DNA from: Wolbachia endosymbiont of Cimex lectularius
Lineage (GTDB): Bacteria; Pseudomonadota; Alphaproteobacteria; Rickettsiales; Anaplasmataceae
Direction: 5' to 3'
Length of the DNA: 32,000 nucleotides
Assembly (NCBI RefSeq): GCF_000829315.1
Contig: NZ_AP013028.1
Location: 1,020,001 to 1,052,000, forward strand
Shown here piece by piece: positions 18,367 through 27,299 of the stretch. The notes beneath the pieces were generated by a model. It saw only the letters and a program-made list of their open reading frames with translations, did not search any database and was not told the origin of the DNA. Position numbers and translations under genes: made by a program. Position 1 is the stretch's first letter; each line of letters starts with the position of its first letter.

Positions 18367-18549
18367 TGGGTTAATATTCCTTAAGCTGGTTTTAATATAT
18401 ACTAAGTTGACACAGTTACATACTTTCTTTATTGGAAAATTAGAGAGGCAAGTCATTCTCATGTTTCTGAGCCTGGTCATAAGAGGCTTAATGACTTTAC
18501 TTGAATATTTGATATAATAATTAAATTATAAAATCGATTGAAGTCTAGC

Positions 18550-19785
18550 ATGAATGAAGTAGTAACATTTGGCTGTCGTTTGAATTTTTATGAGAGTGAG
18601 TTAATTAAAGAAGCACTAAGAAAAGCAGAGAGAGAAAATGTTGTTGTAGTACACAGTTGTGCAGTGACAAATGAAGCAGAACGCCAGGTGAAACAAAAAA
18701 TACGTAAGATTCATAAAAATGATCCAAGTAAAGAAATCATCGTAGTTGGCTGTGCCGTTCAATTAGATCCTAAATCGTACAGCAACATTCCCGGTGTAAG
18801 CAAAGTGCTGGGCAATCAAGATAAGCTAAAGACTGAAAATTATTTGCTAAATAATAACAAAATATTAGTCAGTGATAATCAAGCAAGCAAATCAGAACCT
18901 ATTTTAATTAATAAGCTTGAAGATAAATCAAGAGCATTTATTGAAGTCCAAAATGGCTGTAATCATAGCTGTACATTTTGCTCAATTACTGAAGCAAGAG
19001 GAAACAACCGATCCGTACCAATAAACAATATTATAGAGCAAATCAAGGTTTTCGTAGCAAATGGCTACCAAGAAGTAGTGTTTACAGGTGTTGATATTAC
19101 TGATTTTGGTACAGATTTATTTGGCAAACCTTCACTTGGTTCAATGATCAGAAGAGTTTTAAAGGATGTACCGGAATTGAAGGGACTTAGGCTTTCTTCC
19201 ATTGATGTTGCTGAAATTGACGACGAGTTAATGAGCTTAATAGTTAACGAATCAAGATTTATGCCACATTTGCACTTAAGTTTGCAATCTGGTAATAATT
19301 TAATCCTAAAAAGGATGAAACGTCGTCACAGCAGGGAGCAAGTGATAGAATTTTGTCATAAAGTAAGGGGCTTGAGGCCTAATATAGCGTTTGGTGCTGA
19401 TATTATTGCTGGATTTCCAACGGAAACTGATGAAATGTTTCAAGATACTGTTAATCTACTAAAGGAAACGAACATAGTTTACCTACATGCTTTTCCATAT
19501 TCAAAGCGAAAGAACACGCCTGCTGCACGAATGCCACAAGTGCCAGAGAGTGTGCGTAAAGAAAGGGTAAAAAACTTAAGGGAAATAAGTAGAGAAATGA
19601 TGAGTAACTTTTATCAATCTTTGATCGGCACTAAACAAAGCGTTTTAGTTGAGCAAAATAATATCGGCAGGGCGGAAAATTTTGCACTAATAAAGCTTTC
19701 ATCGGAGGTTCAGGCTAAAAGCATTGTAAAAGCTAACGTTATAGGAATGGAAAATGGTTATTTAATTGGTTTCTTAATTTCTTGA
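18550..19785 (+). CDS. mtaB: MtaB/MiaB-like radical SAM tRNA methylthiotransferase (ORF open from 18538)
   Basis: TFGCRLNFYESE, HSCAVTNEAERQ, VQNGCNHSCTFCSITEARG radical SAM CxxxCxxC, LHLSLQSGNNLILKRMKRRH. Confidence 0.85.
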   Translation: MNEVVTFGCRLNFYESELIKEALRKAERENVVVVHSCAVTNEAERQVKQKIRKIHKNDPSKEIIVVGCAVQLDPKSYSNIPGVSKVLGNQDKLKTENYLLNNNKILVSDNQASKSEPILINKLEDKSRAFIEVQNGCNHSCTFCSITEARGNNRSVPINNIIEQIKVFVANGYQEVVFTGVDITDFGTDLFGKPSLGSMIRRVLKDVPELKGLRLSSIDVAEIDDELMSLIVNESRFMPHLHLSLQSGNNLILKRMKRRHSREQVIEFCHKVRGLRPNIAFGADIIAGFPTETDEMFQDTVNLLKETNIVYLHAFPYSKRKNTPAARMPQVPESVRKERVKNLREISREMMSNFYQSLIGTKQSVLVEQNNIGRAENFALIKLSSEVQAKSIVKANVIGMENGYLIGFLIS

Positions 19786-19786
19786 T

Positions 19787-20596
19787 GTGAGAAAAAACTT
19801 GTTTATGATGAAAAGATCTACTGTTTTTGATGCATTGATAATCTTGTGTATTAGCTTTTTTTCCGCTCAGGCTAATGCAGGTGATGTTGAAGATCTAATG
19901 CTTGCAGACAAACTTGTATGCCATAAATCTAGAAAATATGATGAAAAAGAAGTTACATCGGTTAAAGACAAAAGACTTAATTTCTATATTAGCGCCAACG
20001 GTGGCAAGATATATCACGATAACTCAGAGATATTTATGAATGGCATAAAAGCAATCGGAGAAAGAGTTCTCACTTTAGTTGAAAGCCGTTGCGGTTCTAT
20101 AATAAGAAATATAGTGGCAGGTAAAATTGAGAGCATACAGAAGTTTGATGGTAAAATTGATTTCCAGTGGCTCAGCAGCATATCTTTAGGTTACCATGCT
20201 AGAGAAAATGGACGAATTGATTTTGAAACTATGTATTCTTGGGCCAATATTAAAAGTGATAACCCTCTACCAGTATTTGATAAATCAGTCAGTATATTCG
20301 CATTTTTGTTAAACTTCTATTATAATCCTAGTATTCAGGATACACAATTTGCTCCATATATTAGTCTTGGTATAGGACCAACAGTTTTTAGATTAAAAAA
20401 GGTTAATGGTTCACCTAAAAATTCAATGCCATTGAATGTTCCTTGGTTTGCTTATCAAGTGAAACTTGGTGTTAATTATTCAATAATTCCGGAAGTCAAA
20501 GCCTTCCTTGGTTATCGTTACTTCAGCATTCCAATACCCGTTGCAGATGACATATCAACTCATAATGTTGAAATCGGTTTGATGCTTAGTTTTTAG
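19787..20596 (+). CDS. Outer membrane beta-barrel / surface-antigen family protein (WSP/Msp2-P44-like)
   Basis: Signal peptide (STVFDALIILCISFFSAQANA); FAPYISLGIGPTVFRLKK, FAYQVKLGVNYSIIPEVKAFLGYRYFSI, C-terminal aromatic. Confidence 0.6.
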   Translation: MRKNLFMMKRSTVFDALIILCISFFSAQANAGDVEDLMLADKLVCHKSRKYDEKEVTSVKDKRLNFYISANGGKIYHDNSEIFMNGIKAIGERVLTLVESRCGSIIRNIVAGKIESIQKFDGKIDFQWLSSISLGYHARENGRIDFETMYSWANIKSDNPLPVFDKSVSIFAFLLNFYYNPSIQDTQFAPYISLGIGPTVFRLKKVNGSPKNSMPLNVPWFAYQVKLGVNYSIIPEVKAFLGYRYFSIPIPVADDISTHNVEIGLMLSF

Positions 20597-22108
20597 TTAA
20601 TATATATATAAATTCTCATCCTTTTTATCTAACAAACCAAACGTTGGTACAATTGTTGCTTTTAAAAAGATGACGGTTTCTACTGTTCTCATGTTATCCG
20701 CTAGCCTTTTTGACTTCTGATGCAATGTAGCTTTAAGGCTTTGCTTATCTTCTCTATGCTCTATAAGTCCGCCAATTACCATAACTTCACCACTCTTGAT
20801 TTTTAACATAGAGTTCATTTCCCTAATTTCAATAATTGGAATGTTACTATTCAGTTTTGTTTTACTCTGCTGCGCGATGTACTCTATATTTGGGTCTTTA
20901 GTGTAGCCGTTAATTCTCGATAAGGTTGGGTGTATATCCATGAATATTTCACTAGTATCAACATTGATGCTTGGATGGATTATTAATACAACACCTATTG
21001 GAACGCTATTCATTTTGGTAACTAAGGTATGATTGGAGTTTTTTTGTATATCAGAGGTAAAATAAACGTGATTTTTAGTGAAAGAAATCATCGCTTGCTG
21101 ATTATTTATAGCATGTACTCTAGGGCTTGAAATCACAGTTGAAGTGCCAAATTTGTCTAGACTTTTTACTAAATTCCCCAGATCACCCACACCGAAGTTC
21201 ATTGCTAGATTAATAATGGAACTATCTTGACTCATTACAGGTTTGCTTCCATCGCGTAAATCATCTAAGTTGATACCAGAAAGGTACTTATCGTCTAACA
21301 CGACTTCAACTATCTTTGCCTCTATCATTACTTGAGAAGACGCTAACTGCTTAACTTTATTAATATATTCTTCAACAGCTTTGTGGATGCTTTTTCTAGC
21401 ATTCAAAATAATAACACCGGCTTCTCTATTAGATGAAAGAAATTCTCCATCATTCACCCCGTTAACATCCATTATTGCATTCAACCCCTTTTCCAATGAG
21501 TTCCATAAATCGCTGCTATATTGAGACTTTATAACACTATTATAATCCTTATCGGCATTGATCCCATCACTGCTGGTAATATTGTTGTTAACAACAAAAC
21601 TGCTTTGAGCAGAGTGTTGAATATTGATAAAGTCTACGTAATAATTTTGCGTGTACGGTAAATCCTGCTCAATTCTAATCACGCCATTACTTGTTGAGTA
21701 ACGCAGTTTGGCGCTATCAGCTATGCTCTGAATTACTTCATTTATATTTTTATCTTTTAGCTTTAAAATAATATTGCCTGATATTTTTGGATCTATATCT
21801 AAGTTAATGTCAGAAAGTTTTCCTATCTCAATCAGCAAATCCTTTACTGGCACTTCTTCGCCAATATTAATAGAAATAAGCTGGCTACTGGCCGTGAAAT
21901 CAGGAAACTTTACGGGCAAAGGTACAATCTCTGGTACTGTTGGTTCGTTGCTCTCCGAAGGAAAAATTTTGCCCTTACATTGCCTCAGTGAGTGGTCATG
22001 CTCAATATCATGATGATTTTTGTCGTCTATGTGGGTAATATATCCCTGAGTAGGTAAGCATATACAGGAGATGATAAAAAGGAGCATTGAGCATCTAAAA
22101 ATGGTCAT
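20597..22108 (-). CDS. Secretin family protein (GspD/PilQ-like)
   Basis: STN-like 'VPVKDLLIEIGKLSDINLDIDPKISGNIILKLKDKNINEVI', secretin core 'QVMIEAKIVEVVLDDKYLSGINLD...TVISSPRVHAINNQQAMIS...GEVMVIGGLIEH'. The apparent ATG (22106-22108) abuts an IS. Confidence 0.85.
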   Translation of the reverse strand: MTIFRCSMLLFIISCICLPTQGYITHIDDKNHHDIEHDHSLRQCKGKIFPSESNEPTVPEIVPLPVKFPDFTASSQLISINIGEEVPVKDLLIEIGKLSDINLDIDPKISGNIILKLKDKNINEVIQSIADSAKLRYSTSNGVIRIEQDLPYTQNYYVDFINIQHSAQSSFVVNNNITSSDGINADKDYNSVIKSQYSSDLWNSLEKGLNAIMDVNGVNDGEFLSSNREAGVIILNARKSIHKAVEEYINKVKQLASSQVMIEAKIVEVVLDDKYLSGINLDDLRDGSKPVMSQDSSIINLAMNFGVGDLGNLVKSLDKFGTSTVISSPRVHAINNQQAMISFTKNHVYFTSDIQKNSNHTLVTKMNSVPIGVVLIIHPSINVDTSEIFMDIHPTLSRINGYTKDPNIEYIAQQSKTKLNSNIPIIEIREMNSMLKIKSGEVMVIGGLIEHREDKQSLKATLHQKSKRLADNMRTVETVIFLKATIVPTFGLLDKKDENLYIY

Positions 22109-22118
22109 TAGAACCTGT

Positions 22119-22475
22119 TTAAAATCTTCGTAACAGGAGAGAAATGAAGGAGAGGACTATCATCTGTAAGCTAGTGTTGAGCTTCCGCTCGCAATTTTTC
22201 CACAATCGCCTGCACTTTTCTAACCAGGCAAAAGAGCGTTCAACAACCCATCTTTTTGGCAATACGACGAAAGTGTGTAACTCACTTCGCTTTATTACTT
22301 CAACAGTCGCACCAATGATAGCTTTTATTTGTGTTGCAAAATTTTCTCCTGTGTAGCCAGCATCAACCAGTATGTTTTTAACTTCAGAGAGGTTTGCTTT
22401 AGCATTTTCGACCATTTTCACAGCACTGCTACGGTCAGTTGCTTCTGCCGTTGTTACATAAATTGCATGTGGCAA
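22119..22475 (-). CDS. IS5-family transposase, C-terminal ORF (frame open further upstream than listed Met)
   Basis: Identical to the other ORF2 copies in amino acid sequence. Confidence 0.85.
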   Translation of the reverse strand: MPHAIYVTTAEATDRSSAVKMVENAKANLSEVKNILVDAGYTGENFATQIKAIIGATVEVIKRSELHTFVVLPKRWVVERSFAWLEKCRRLWKNCERKLNTSLQMIVLSFISLLLRRF

Positions 22476-22593
22476 ACCTTGTGTATCAACTGCAATATGG
22501 CGCTTTATCCCTGAAATCTTTTTACCTGCATCATAGCCTTTTTTTTCAGCAGTATCTGCGTTTTTAACGCTTTGAGAATCAATTATACAAAAG

Positions 22594-22914
22594 CTAGTTT
22601 TCTCTTTCCGACCATTGCTGATACGGACCTCTCCAACTAATTTTTTTTAAGACTAATTCCAACAAGCTTGGCTCTTCTCCACTCTTTTTACTCCACACTC
22701 GAAAATAGTAATATACGCTTTCCCATCTTGGAAAACCCTTTGGTAACATCCTCCACTGACAACCACTTTTTAAGACGTACAACACCCCACAAAATACGTC
22801 ATACAAATCAAGTTTTCTTGGTTTTGTTTTCTGCTTGCTACTCTCCAAAATTGGCCTGATTTTTTCAAACTGCTCTTGACTTATATTACTTGGATAACTT
22901 TTCTGCATAGACAC
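22594..22914 (-). CDS. IS5-family transposase, N-terminal ORF
   Basis: 106 aa as in other copies. Confidence 0.9.
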   Translation of the reverse strand: MSMQKSYPSNISQEQFEKIRPILESSKQKTKPRKLDLYDVFCGVLYVLKSGCQWRMLPKGFPRWESVYYYFRVWSKKSGEEPSLLELVLKKISWRGPYQQWSEREN

Positions 22915-23242
22915 CTCATTATTAATCTATGCTTACTTTACCTCACATTTCCAAGATTTTAAACAGGTTCTTAGAAAAAAAGCATATAAAACCATTCTAA
23001 TAGATTTCTGTAAAAATATTAAAAATGTATTTAATTTTGTTTTTATCTGGCAGAATCACTACACTAAATGCTACAAATTTACAGGGGCGATGACAGAAGG
23101 AGAGGCACTGGAATGACAAGAAAAGGAGGCGCTGGGGTCTTGGTAGGCTCAAATCGTAATGCTCATGCAGTTGTGCATCACGCGTTCTGGTTTTTTTATA
23201 TGGTTGTACGGGAAGTCTAATCAAAAAGCTTAAATTATAAAG

Positions 23243-23271
23243 TTGACATTAGTTACAAAATTATGTAATAA
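23243..23271 (+). promoter_or_regulatory. Putative sigma70 promoter (TTGACA - 17 nt - TAATAA) for the IS-split membrane gene
   Basis: TTGACA at 23243-23248, TAATAA at 23266-23271, GAAGGAAG ribosome-binding-like sequence before ATG 23305. Confidence 0.5.
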
Positions 23272-23501
23272 CAAAGGATTACAATAACTTGAAGGAAGAA
23301 ATTTATGTCTGATCAAAAAAAGTTTGCATCATATGCATTAATAGCCATAGGATCTGCAGGACTTATAGCTGGTATCGTAGCTCTCAAATACTGTTCTAAT
23401 TTATCGCTTTTGATTGCAGGGGGAATAATTGGTTCTACGCCTTTAGAACCTGTTTAAAATCTTGGAAATGTGAGGTAAAGTAAGCATAGATTAATAATGA
23501 G

Positions 23502-23822
23502 GTGTCTATGCAGAAAAGTTATCCAAGTAATATAAGTCAAGAGCAGTTTGAAAAAATCAGGCCAATTTTGGAGAGTAGCAAGCAGAAAACAAAACCAAGA
23601 AAACTTGATTTGTATGACGTATTTTGTGGGGTGTTGTACGTCTTAAAAAGTGGTTGTCAGTGGAGGATGTTACCAAAGGGTTTTCCAAGATGGGAAAGCG
23701 TATATTACTATTTTCGAGTGTGGAGTAAAAAGAGTGGAGAAGAGCCAAGCTTGTTGGAATTAGTCTTAAAAAAAATTAGTTGGAGAGGTCCGTATCAGCA
23801 ATGGTCGGAAAGAGAAAACTAG
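23502..23822 (+). CDS. IS5-family transposase, N-terminal ORF
   Basis: 106 aa as in other copies. Confidence 0.9.
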   Translation: MSMQKSYPSNISQEQFEKIRPILESSKQKTKPRKLDLYDVFCGVLYVLKSGCQWRMLPKGFPRWESVYYYFRVWSKKSGEEPSLLELVLKKISWRGPYQQWSEREN

Positions 23823-23940
23823 CTTTTGTATAATTGATTCTCAAAGCGTTAAAAACGCAGATACTGCTGAAAAAAAAGGCTATGATGCAGGTAAAAAGAT
23901 TTCAGGGATAAAGCGCCATATTGCAGTTGATACACAAGGT

Positions 23941-24297
23941 TTGCCACATGCAATTTATGTAACAACGGCAGAAGCAACTGACCGTAGCAGTGCTGTGAAA
24001 ATGGTCGAAAATGCTAAAGCAAACCTCTCTGAAGTTAAAAACATACTGGTTGATGCTGGCTACACAGGAGAAAATTTTGCAACACAAATAAAAGCTATCA
24101 TTGGTGCGACTGTTGAAGTAATAAAGCGAAGTGAGTTACACACTTTCGTCGTATTGCCAAAAAGATGGGTTGTTGAACGCTCTTTTGCCTGGTTAGAAAA
24201 GTGCAGGCGATTGTGGAAAAATTGCGAGCGGAAGCTCAACACTAGCTTACAGATGATAGTCCTCTCCTTCATTTCTCTCCTGTTACGAAGATTTTAA
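23941..24297 (+). CDS. IS5-family transposase, C-terminal ORF (frame open further upstream than listed Met)
   Basis: Identical amino acid sequence to copy 3 ORF2. Confidence 0.85.
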   Translation: MPHAIYVTTAEATDRSSAVKMVENAKANLSEVKNILVDAGYTGENFATQIKAIIGATVEVIKRSELHTFVVLPKRWVVERSFAWLEKCRRLWKNCERKLNTSLQMIVLSFISLLLRRF

Positions 24298-24907
24298 ACA
24301 GGTTCTTACTAATTGCATGTGTTGGTTTTGGCGTTTTATTGCTTATGGATAAGATTTCTCTCGACAAAATATATGGTGATACGTACGATCAAAATAGCTT
24401 TAGTAAACTGGTTATATCTGCTATAGCACATGTTGGCATTTCTTTTGGAATCGGAGCAGGCTTAGTTGCTCTTGGCCTTAAATCTCCCCTGGTTATAGCT
24501 GTCTTAACTCCAATAGCATGCAAAGTTATTATGTTACTTTTTAGTGCGATAACTGAACGCTCTTCTTCTCCACCAACACCACCAGGTGATCCTGATCCAA
24601 GCAAAAAAGACCCTTCTTCTCCACCAAGGCCACCATGTGTTGACAGCAACGTGAAGACTGACGGTGCAAATCCCACAGATCACCCAGAAAGAAGAGAATA
24701 TGATGGCAAACGTACTGAAAGAAAGTGTAAAACATATGCCACCCGCAAAAAGCCTATTATAGTCATAGATGAGGATAAAGAGGATCACATTAGCAAAGAA
24801 CAACAGCTTGTACAAAGTTTAGAGGACCACTTCAAAAGAATAGCAAATTTGAAAATAGAAATTCCAGGGAATGCTGATGATGTTAATAAGTGTAGTTTTC
24901 CTAGCCA

Positions 24908-25840
24908 CTAGTCAATTCTTTCCATCCAAGCATTCACTTGCCTTAACGTTTCAACAGAAGGCAAGTCTTCTGTGCTGAGTGGTAGACGGACAGTTTTGTG
25001 CTCTATGAGCCCAATATCATGCAGGAGTGCTTTGGTAGGTATGGGGTTACTGGCAATAAATAGTTCTTTGCAGGCTTGTTGCCAAACATCCGCTGAGCTT
25101 TTTACATTACCTTCTGTCATTTGAGCAGTTGTTTTTTTCTTAGATTCCAGCGTCATGTGCTGGAATGACAGTAGGCATCGCTTAACATATTCATGCGCTA
25201 CGTGTGGCCAAATATTGGAGGCAACAGAAACCAGGCCAGTCGCACCACAAGCAGCCATGTCAGATATCATATTATCATCTCCACAAAAAACTTCGACGTT
25301 TGGCGCAACTTTCTTATATTCAATTAAAGTATCAACAGTACCACTTGAATCTTTGATAGCCCAAAATTTTTCGTGGCTGGATAAATTGCGTACAGTTTTA
25401 GTATGAAGATTCACTCCTGCTCTCGATGGAATGTTATAAAGCATAGCTGGCACATGTGCTTTCTCAAGTAGCTTTTCAAACCATAAAGTCTGCCCCATGA
25501 TTCCAGGCTTTGTATAAATTGGAGTTGTCATGAGATAACCATGAATAGGCATATCCTTGCAAAAGTCAAGCCACTTGAGAGCATGATATAAATTCACTCC
25601 CGGTACGCCAATCATAATTTTCGTGTTTAATGCCAGCTTACACACGAATTCAACTAATGTACGTTTTTCAGAATCAGTGAGTGACAAGCCCTCACCTGTG
25701 CTACCTAGCAACACTACGCCATTTCCAGCTTCAGCTTGCATTGTAAGTAAACGCTGCAAACTGCGGTAATCTATGCTGTCTCCGCTACAATTAAAAGGTG
25801 TGACACAAGCAGTCCATAGAAATGTAGATAATGATTTCAA
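24908..25840 (-). CDS. dapA: 4-hydroxy-tetrahydrodipicolinate synthase
   Basis: GSTGEGLSLTDSEKRTL, VPAMLYNIPSRAGVNL, FWAIKDSSGTVDTL, CGDDNMISDMAACGATGLVSVASNI. Confidence 0.93.
   Translation of the reverse strand: MKSLSTFLWTACVTPFNCSGDSIDYRSLQRLLTMQAEAGNGVVLLGSTGEGLSLTDSEKRTLVEFVCKLALNTKIMIGVPGVNLYHALKWLDFCKDMPIHGYLMTTPIYTKPGIMGQTLWFEKLLEKAHVPAMLYNIPSRAGVNLHTKTVRNLSSHEKFWAIKDSSGTVDTLIEYKKVAPNVEVFCGDDNMISDMAACGATGLVSVASNIWPHVAHEYVKRCLLSFQHMTLESKKKTTAQMTEGNVKSSADVWQQACKELFIASNPIPTKALLHDIGLIEHKTVRLPLSTEDLPSVETLRQVNAWMERID
25144..25166. repeat. Palindromic repeat element inserted in frame in dapA (ATTCCAGC-gtcatgt-GCTGGAAT)
   Basis: Same core as 12023-12045; encodes SFQHMTLES within DapA. Confidence 0.8.
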
Positions 25841-25849
25841 TTGAAGTTA

Positions 25850-26332
25850 TCAAAACGGTATTTCATCATCAATGAGCTCTTCTTTTATCTCACTATCAAA
25901 ATTTTCATACTGATTTTTTTGCTCTGTTTCGTTTTGCTTGTATTCATTTGGCTTATAATCAGAGCTTGGTGCACTATTTCGTGAGTCCAAGAGTGTAAGA
26001 ACGCCACTAAAATTCTGTAGCAACACTTCTGTGATATATTTTTCACTACCATTTTGGTCAGTATATTTCCTAGTTCTCAAAGAACCTTCAATGTAAACTT
26101 TACTGCCTTTGCGTGCAAAATCCTTGACGACTTTTACTAATCCTTCACTAAACACTACAATATTATGCCACTCTGTCTTTTCAGAGCGTATACCGGAAGA
26201 CTTATCAGTCCAACTTTCAGATGTGGCTATTGAAAAACTTGCCATCTCTTTTCCATTTTGCATAGTTCTAATTTCAGGATCCCTTCCTAAATTACCAATT
26301 AATATGACTTTATTTATAGTACCACTAGACAT
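25850..26332 (-). CDS. ssb: Single-stranded DNA-binding protein
   Basis: INKVILIGNLGRDPEIRTMQNGKEMASFSIATSESW, YIEGSLRTRKYTDQNG, C-terminal acidic DDEIPF. Confidence 0.95.
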   Translation of the reverse strand: MSSGTINKVILIGNLGRDPEIRTMQNGKEMASFSIATSESWTDKSSGIRSEKTEWHNIVVFSEGLVKVVKDFARKGSKVYIEGSLRTRKYTDQNGSEKYITEVLLQNFSGVLTLLDSRNSAPSSDYKPNEYKQNETEQKNQYENFDSEIKEELIDDEIPF

Positions 26333-26393
26333 AATTATGCTTTGAATAAACTTTTTATATTATCTTATGCGAAAATACTATTGTCAAATCTAA

Positions 26394-26467
26394 TGCGCTT
26401 GGAGGGATTTGAACCCACGGCCTTTGCCTCCGGAGGGCAACGCTCTATCCAACTGAGCTACAAGCGC
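26394..26467 (-). tRNA. tRNA-Arg (anticodon CCG)
   Basis: Minus strand GCGCTTGTAGCTCAGTTGGATAGAGCGTTGCCCTCCGGAGGCAAAGGCCGTGGGTTCAAATCCCTCCAAGCGCA: acceptor GCGCTTG/CAAGCGC, anticodon stem TTGCC/GGCAA, loop CTCCGGA, T-loop TTCAAAT; 74 nt, CCA not encoded. One mismatch in the T stem. Confidence 0.9.
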
Positions 26468-26479
26468 ACATATATTAAA

Positions 26480-27298
26480 TTATCTAATAGATAAGCTATC
26501 TAAGTCAAATTTTTGGCCCGGATAGAGCGTGAACATAACGTTCCCATCACCTAAATATACATTCTGAGAATTATTCGCTCGCTTTTTTATTACTTTTTGG
26601 TCTACAATCCATACAAAAGTTACATAGTTTTCAGTCACTGAATGAACTTTTAAATCCTTAGCGTTCGAAAACAGCCTTCCATTCACCCATATTCTCCATG
26701 TATCAGAAGAAAAGTATAAAATCGAATCTAAACTCACCATCTTATAATTAAAATTATCTAATATCCTTTCTTCTGCAGCTCCCGAAGATCGCAGGTGAAA
26801 TTTTTCCATTTCACTGACTATCTTATTAATTGATTCCTCATCAAAAAAAATGCTTTTCATATCATTATATTGTGATAAGACGTCAAAGTCACTCTCTACT
26901 GCTTCCTTTATTATATCATCCTGATCAGTATAACTTGTTTTGCGATCGTTTATAAAAAAACATTCTTTTGCACGCAAATTTGCTATGTTAATAAAATCAT
27001 CGACTTCTTGATTACCAACTTTGAAAACGCTCTCGAAATATTTTTTTTCCATCATTACTCCATGTTTAGAGTGATGACAAACCATTTCATCATTATCTTG
27101 TTTTTCTATATATACACATAAACCCTTGCTACTTAATCCCAGTATTCTGTGCTCGATAAAGTCCTCATTGCCAATATATTGTCGACAAGTATATTCTTTA
27201 CAAATTTCTATGCTTTCTATAATACCTTTACAACTGCAATATACATTCACACTGAAAAACAGTAGAGTAAAAATAAAAAACAGCTTTATCTTCATCAT
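26480..27298 (-). CDS. Secreted/envelope protein with GspB/PilP-like C-terminal segment
   Basis: Signal peptide MMKIKLFFIFTLLFFSVNVYCSC; C-terminus LDSILYFSSDTWRIWVNGRLFSNAKDLKVHSVTENYVTFVW...VMFTLYPGQKFDLDSLSI. Family call is by motif resemblance only. Confidence 0.45.
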   Translation of the reverse strand: MMKIKLFFIFTLLFFSVNVYCSCKGIIESIEICKEYTCRQYIGNEDFIEHRILGLSSKGLCVYIEKQDNDEMVCHHSKHGVMMEKKYFESVFKVGNQEVDDFINIANLRAKECFFINDRKTSYTDQDDIIKEAVESDFDVLSQYNDMKSIFFDEESINKIVSEMEKFHLRSSGAAEERILDNFNYKMVSLDSILYFSSDTWRIWVNGRLFSNAKDLKVHSVTENYVTFVWIVDQKVIKKRANNSQNVYLGDGNVMFTLYPGQKFDLDSLSIR

Positions 27299-27299
27299 C

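Larger units (their letters stand above)
22111..22970 (-). mobile_element. IS5-family (IS1031-type) insertion sequence, copy 3 (860 bp), TSD TTA
   Basis: Same TIRs; TTA at 22108-22110 and 22971-22973; inserted at the 5' end of the secretin ORF. Confidence 0.95.
23446..24305 (+). mobile_element. IS5-family (IS1031-type) insertion sequence, copy 4 (860 bp), TSD TTA
   Basis: Same TIRs; TTA at 23443-23445 and 24306-24308. Confidence 0.95.
23305..24911 (+). pseudogene. Membrane protein gene interrupted by IS copy 4; removal of IS plus one TTA restores one frame
   Basis: MSDQKKFASYALIAIGSAGLIAGIVALKYCSNLSLLIAGGIIGSTPL | (IS) | LIACVGFGVLLLMDKISLDKIYGDTYDQNSFSKL...; the downstream half is listed as ORF 24339-24911. 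Confidence 0.85.

Noticed and set aside
22997-23224. 75-aa minus-strand ORF between IS copies
   Set aside because: Built mostly from palindromic-repeat-like sequence; no domain and no conserved start context.
24389-24815. Three overlapping ORFs (24389-24676, 24541-24735, 24534-24815) antisense to the split membrane gene
   Set aside because: Low-complexity translations of the complementary proline-codon-rich stretch.
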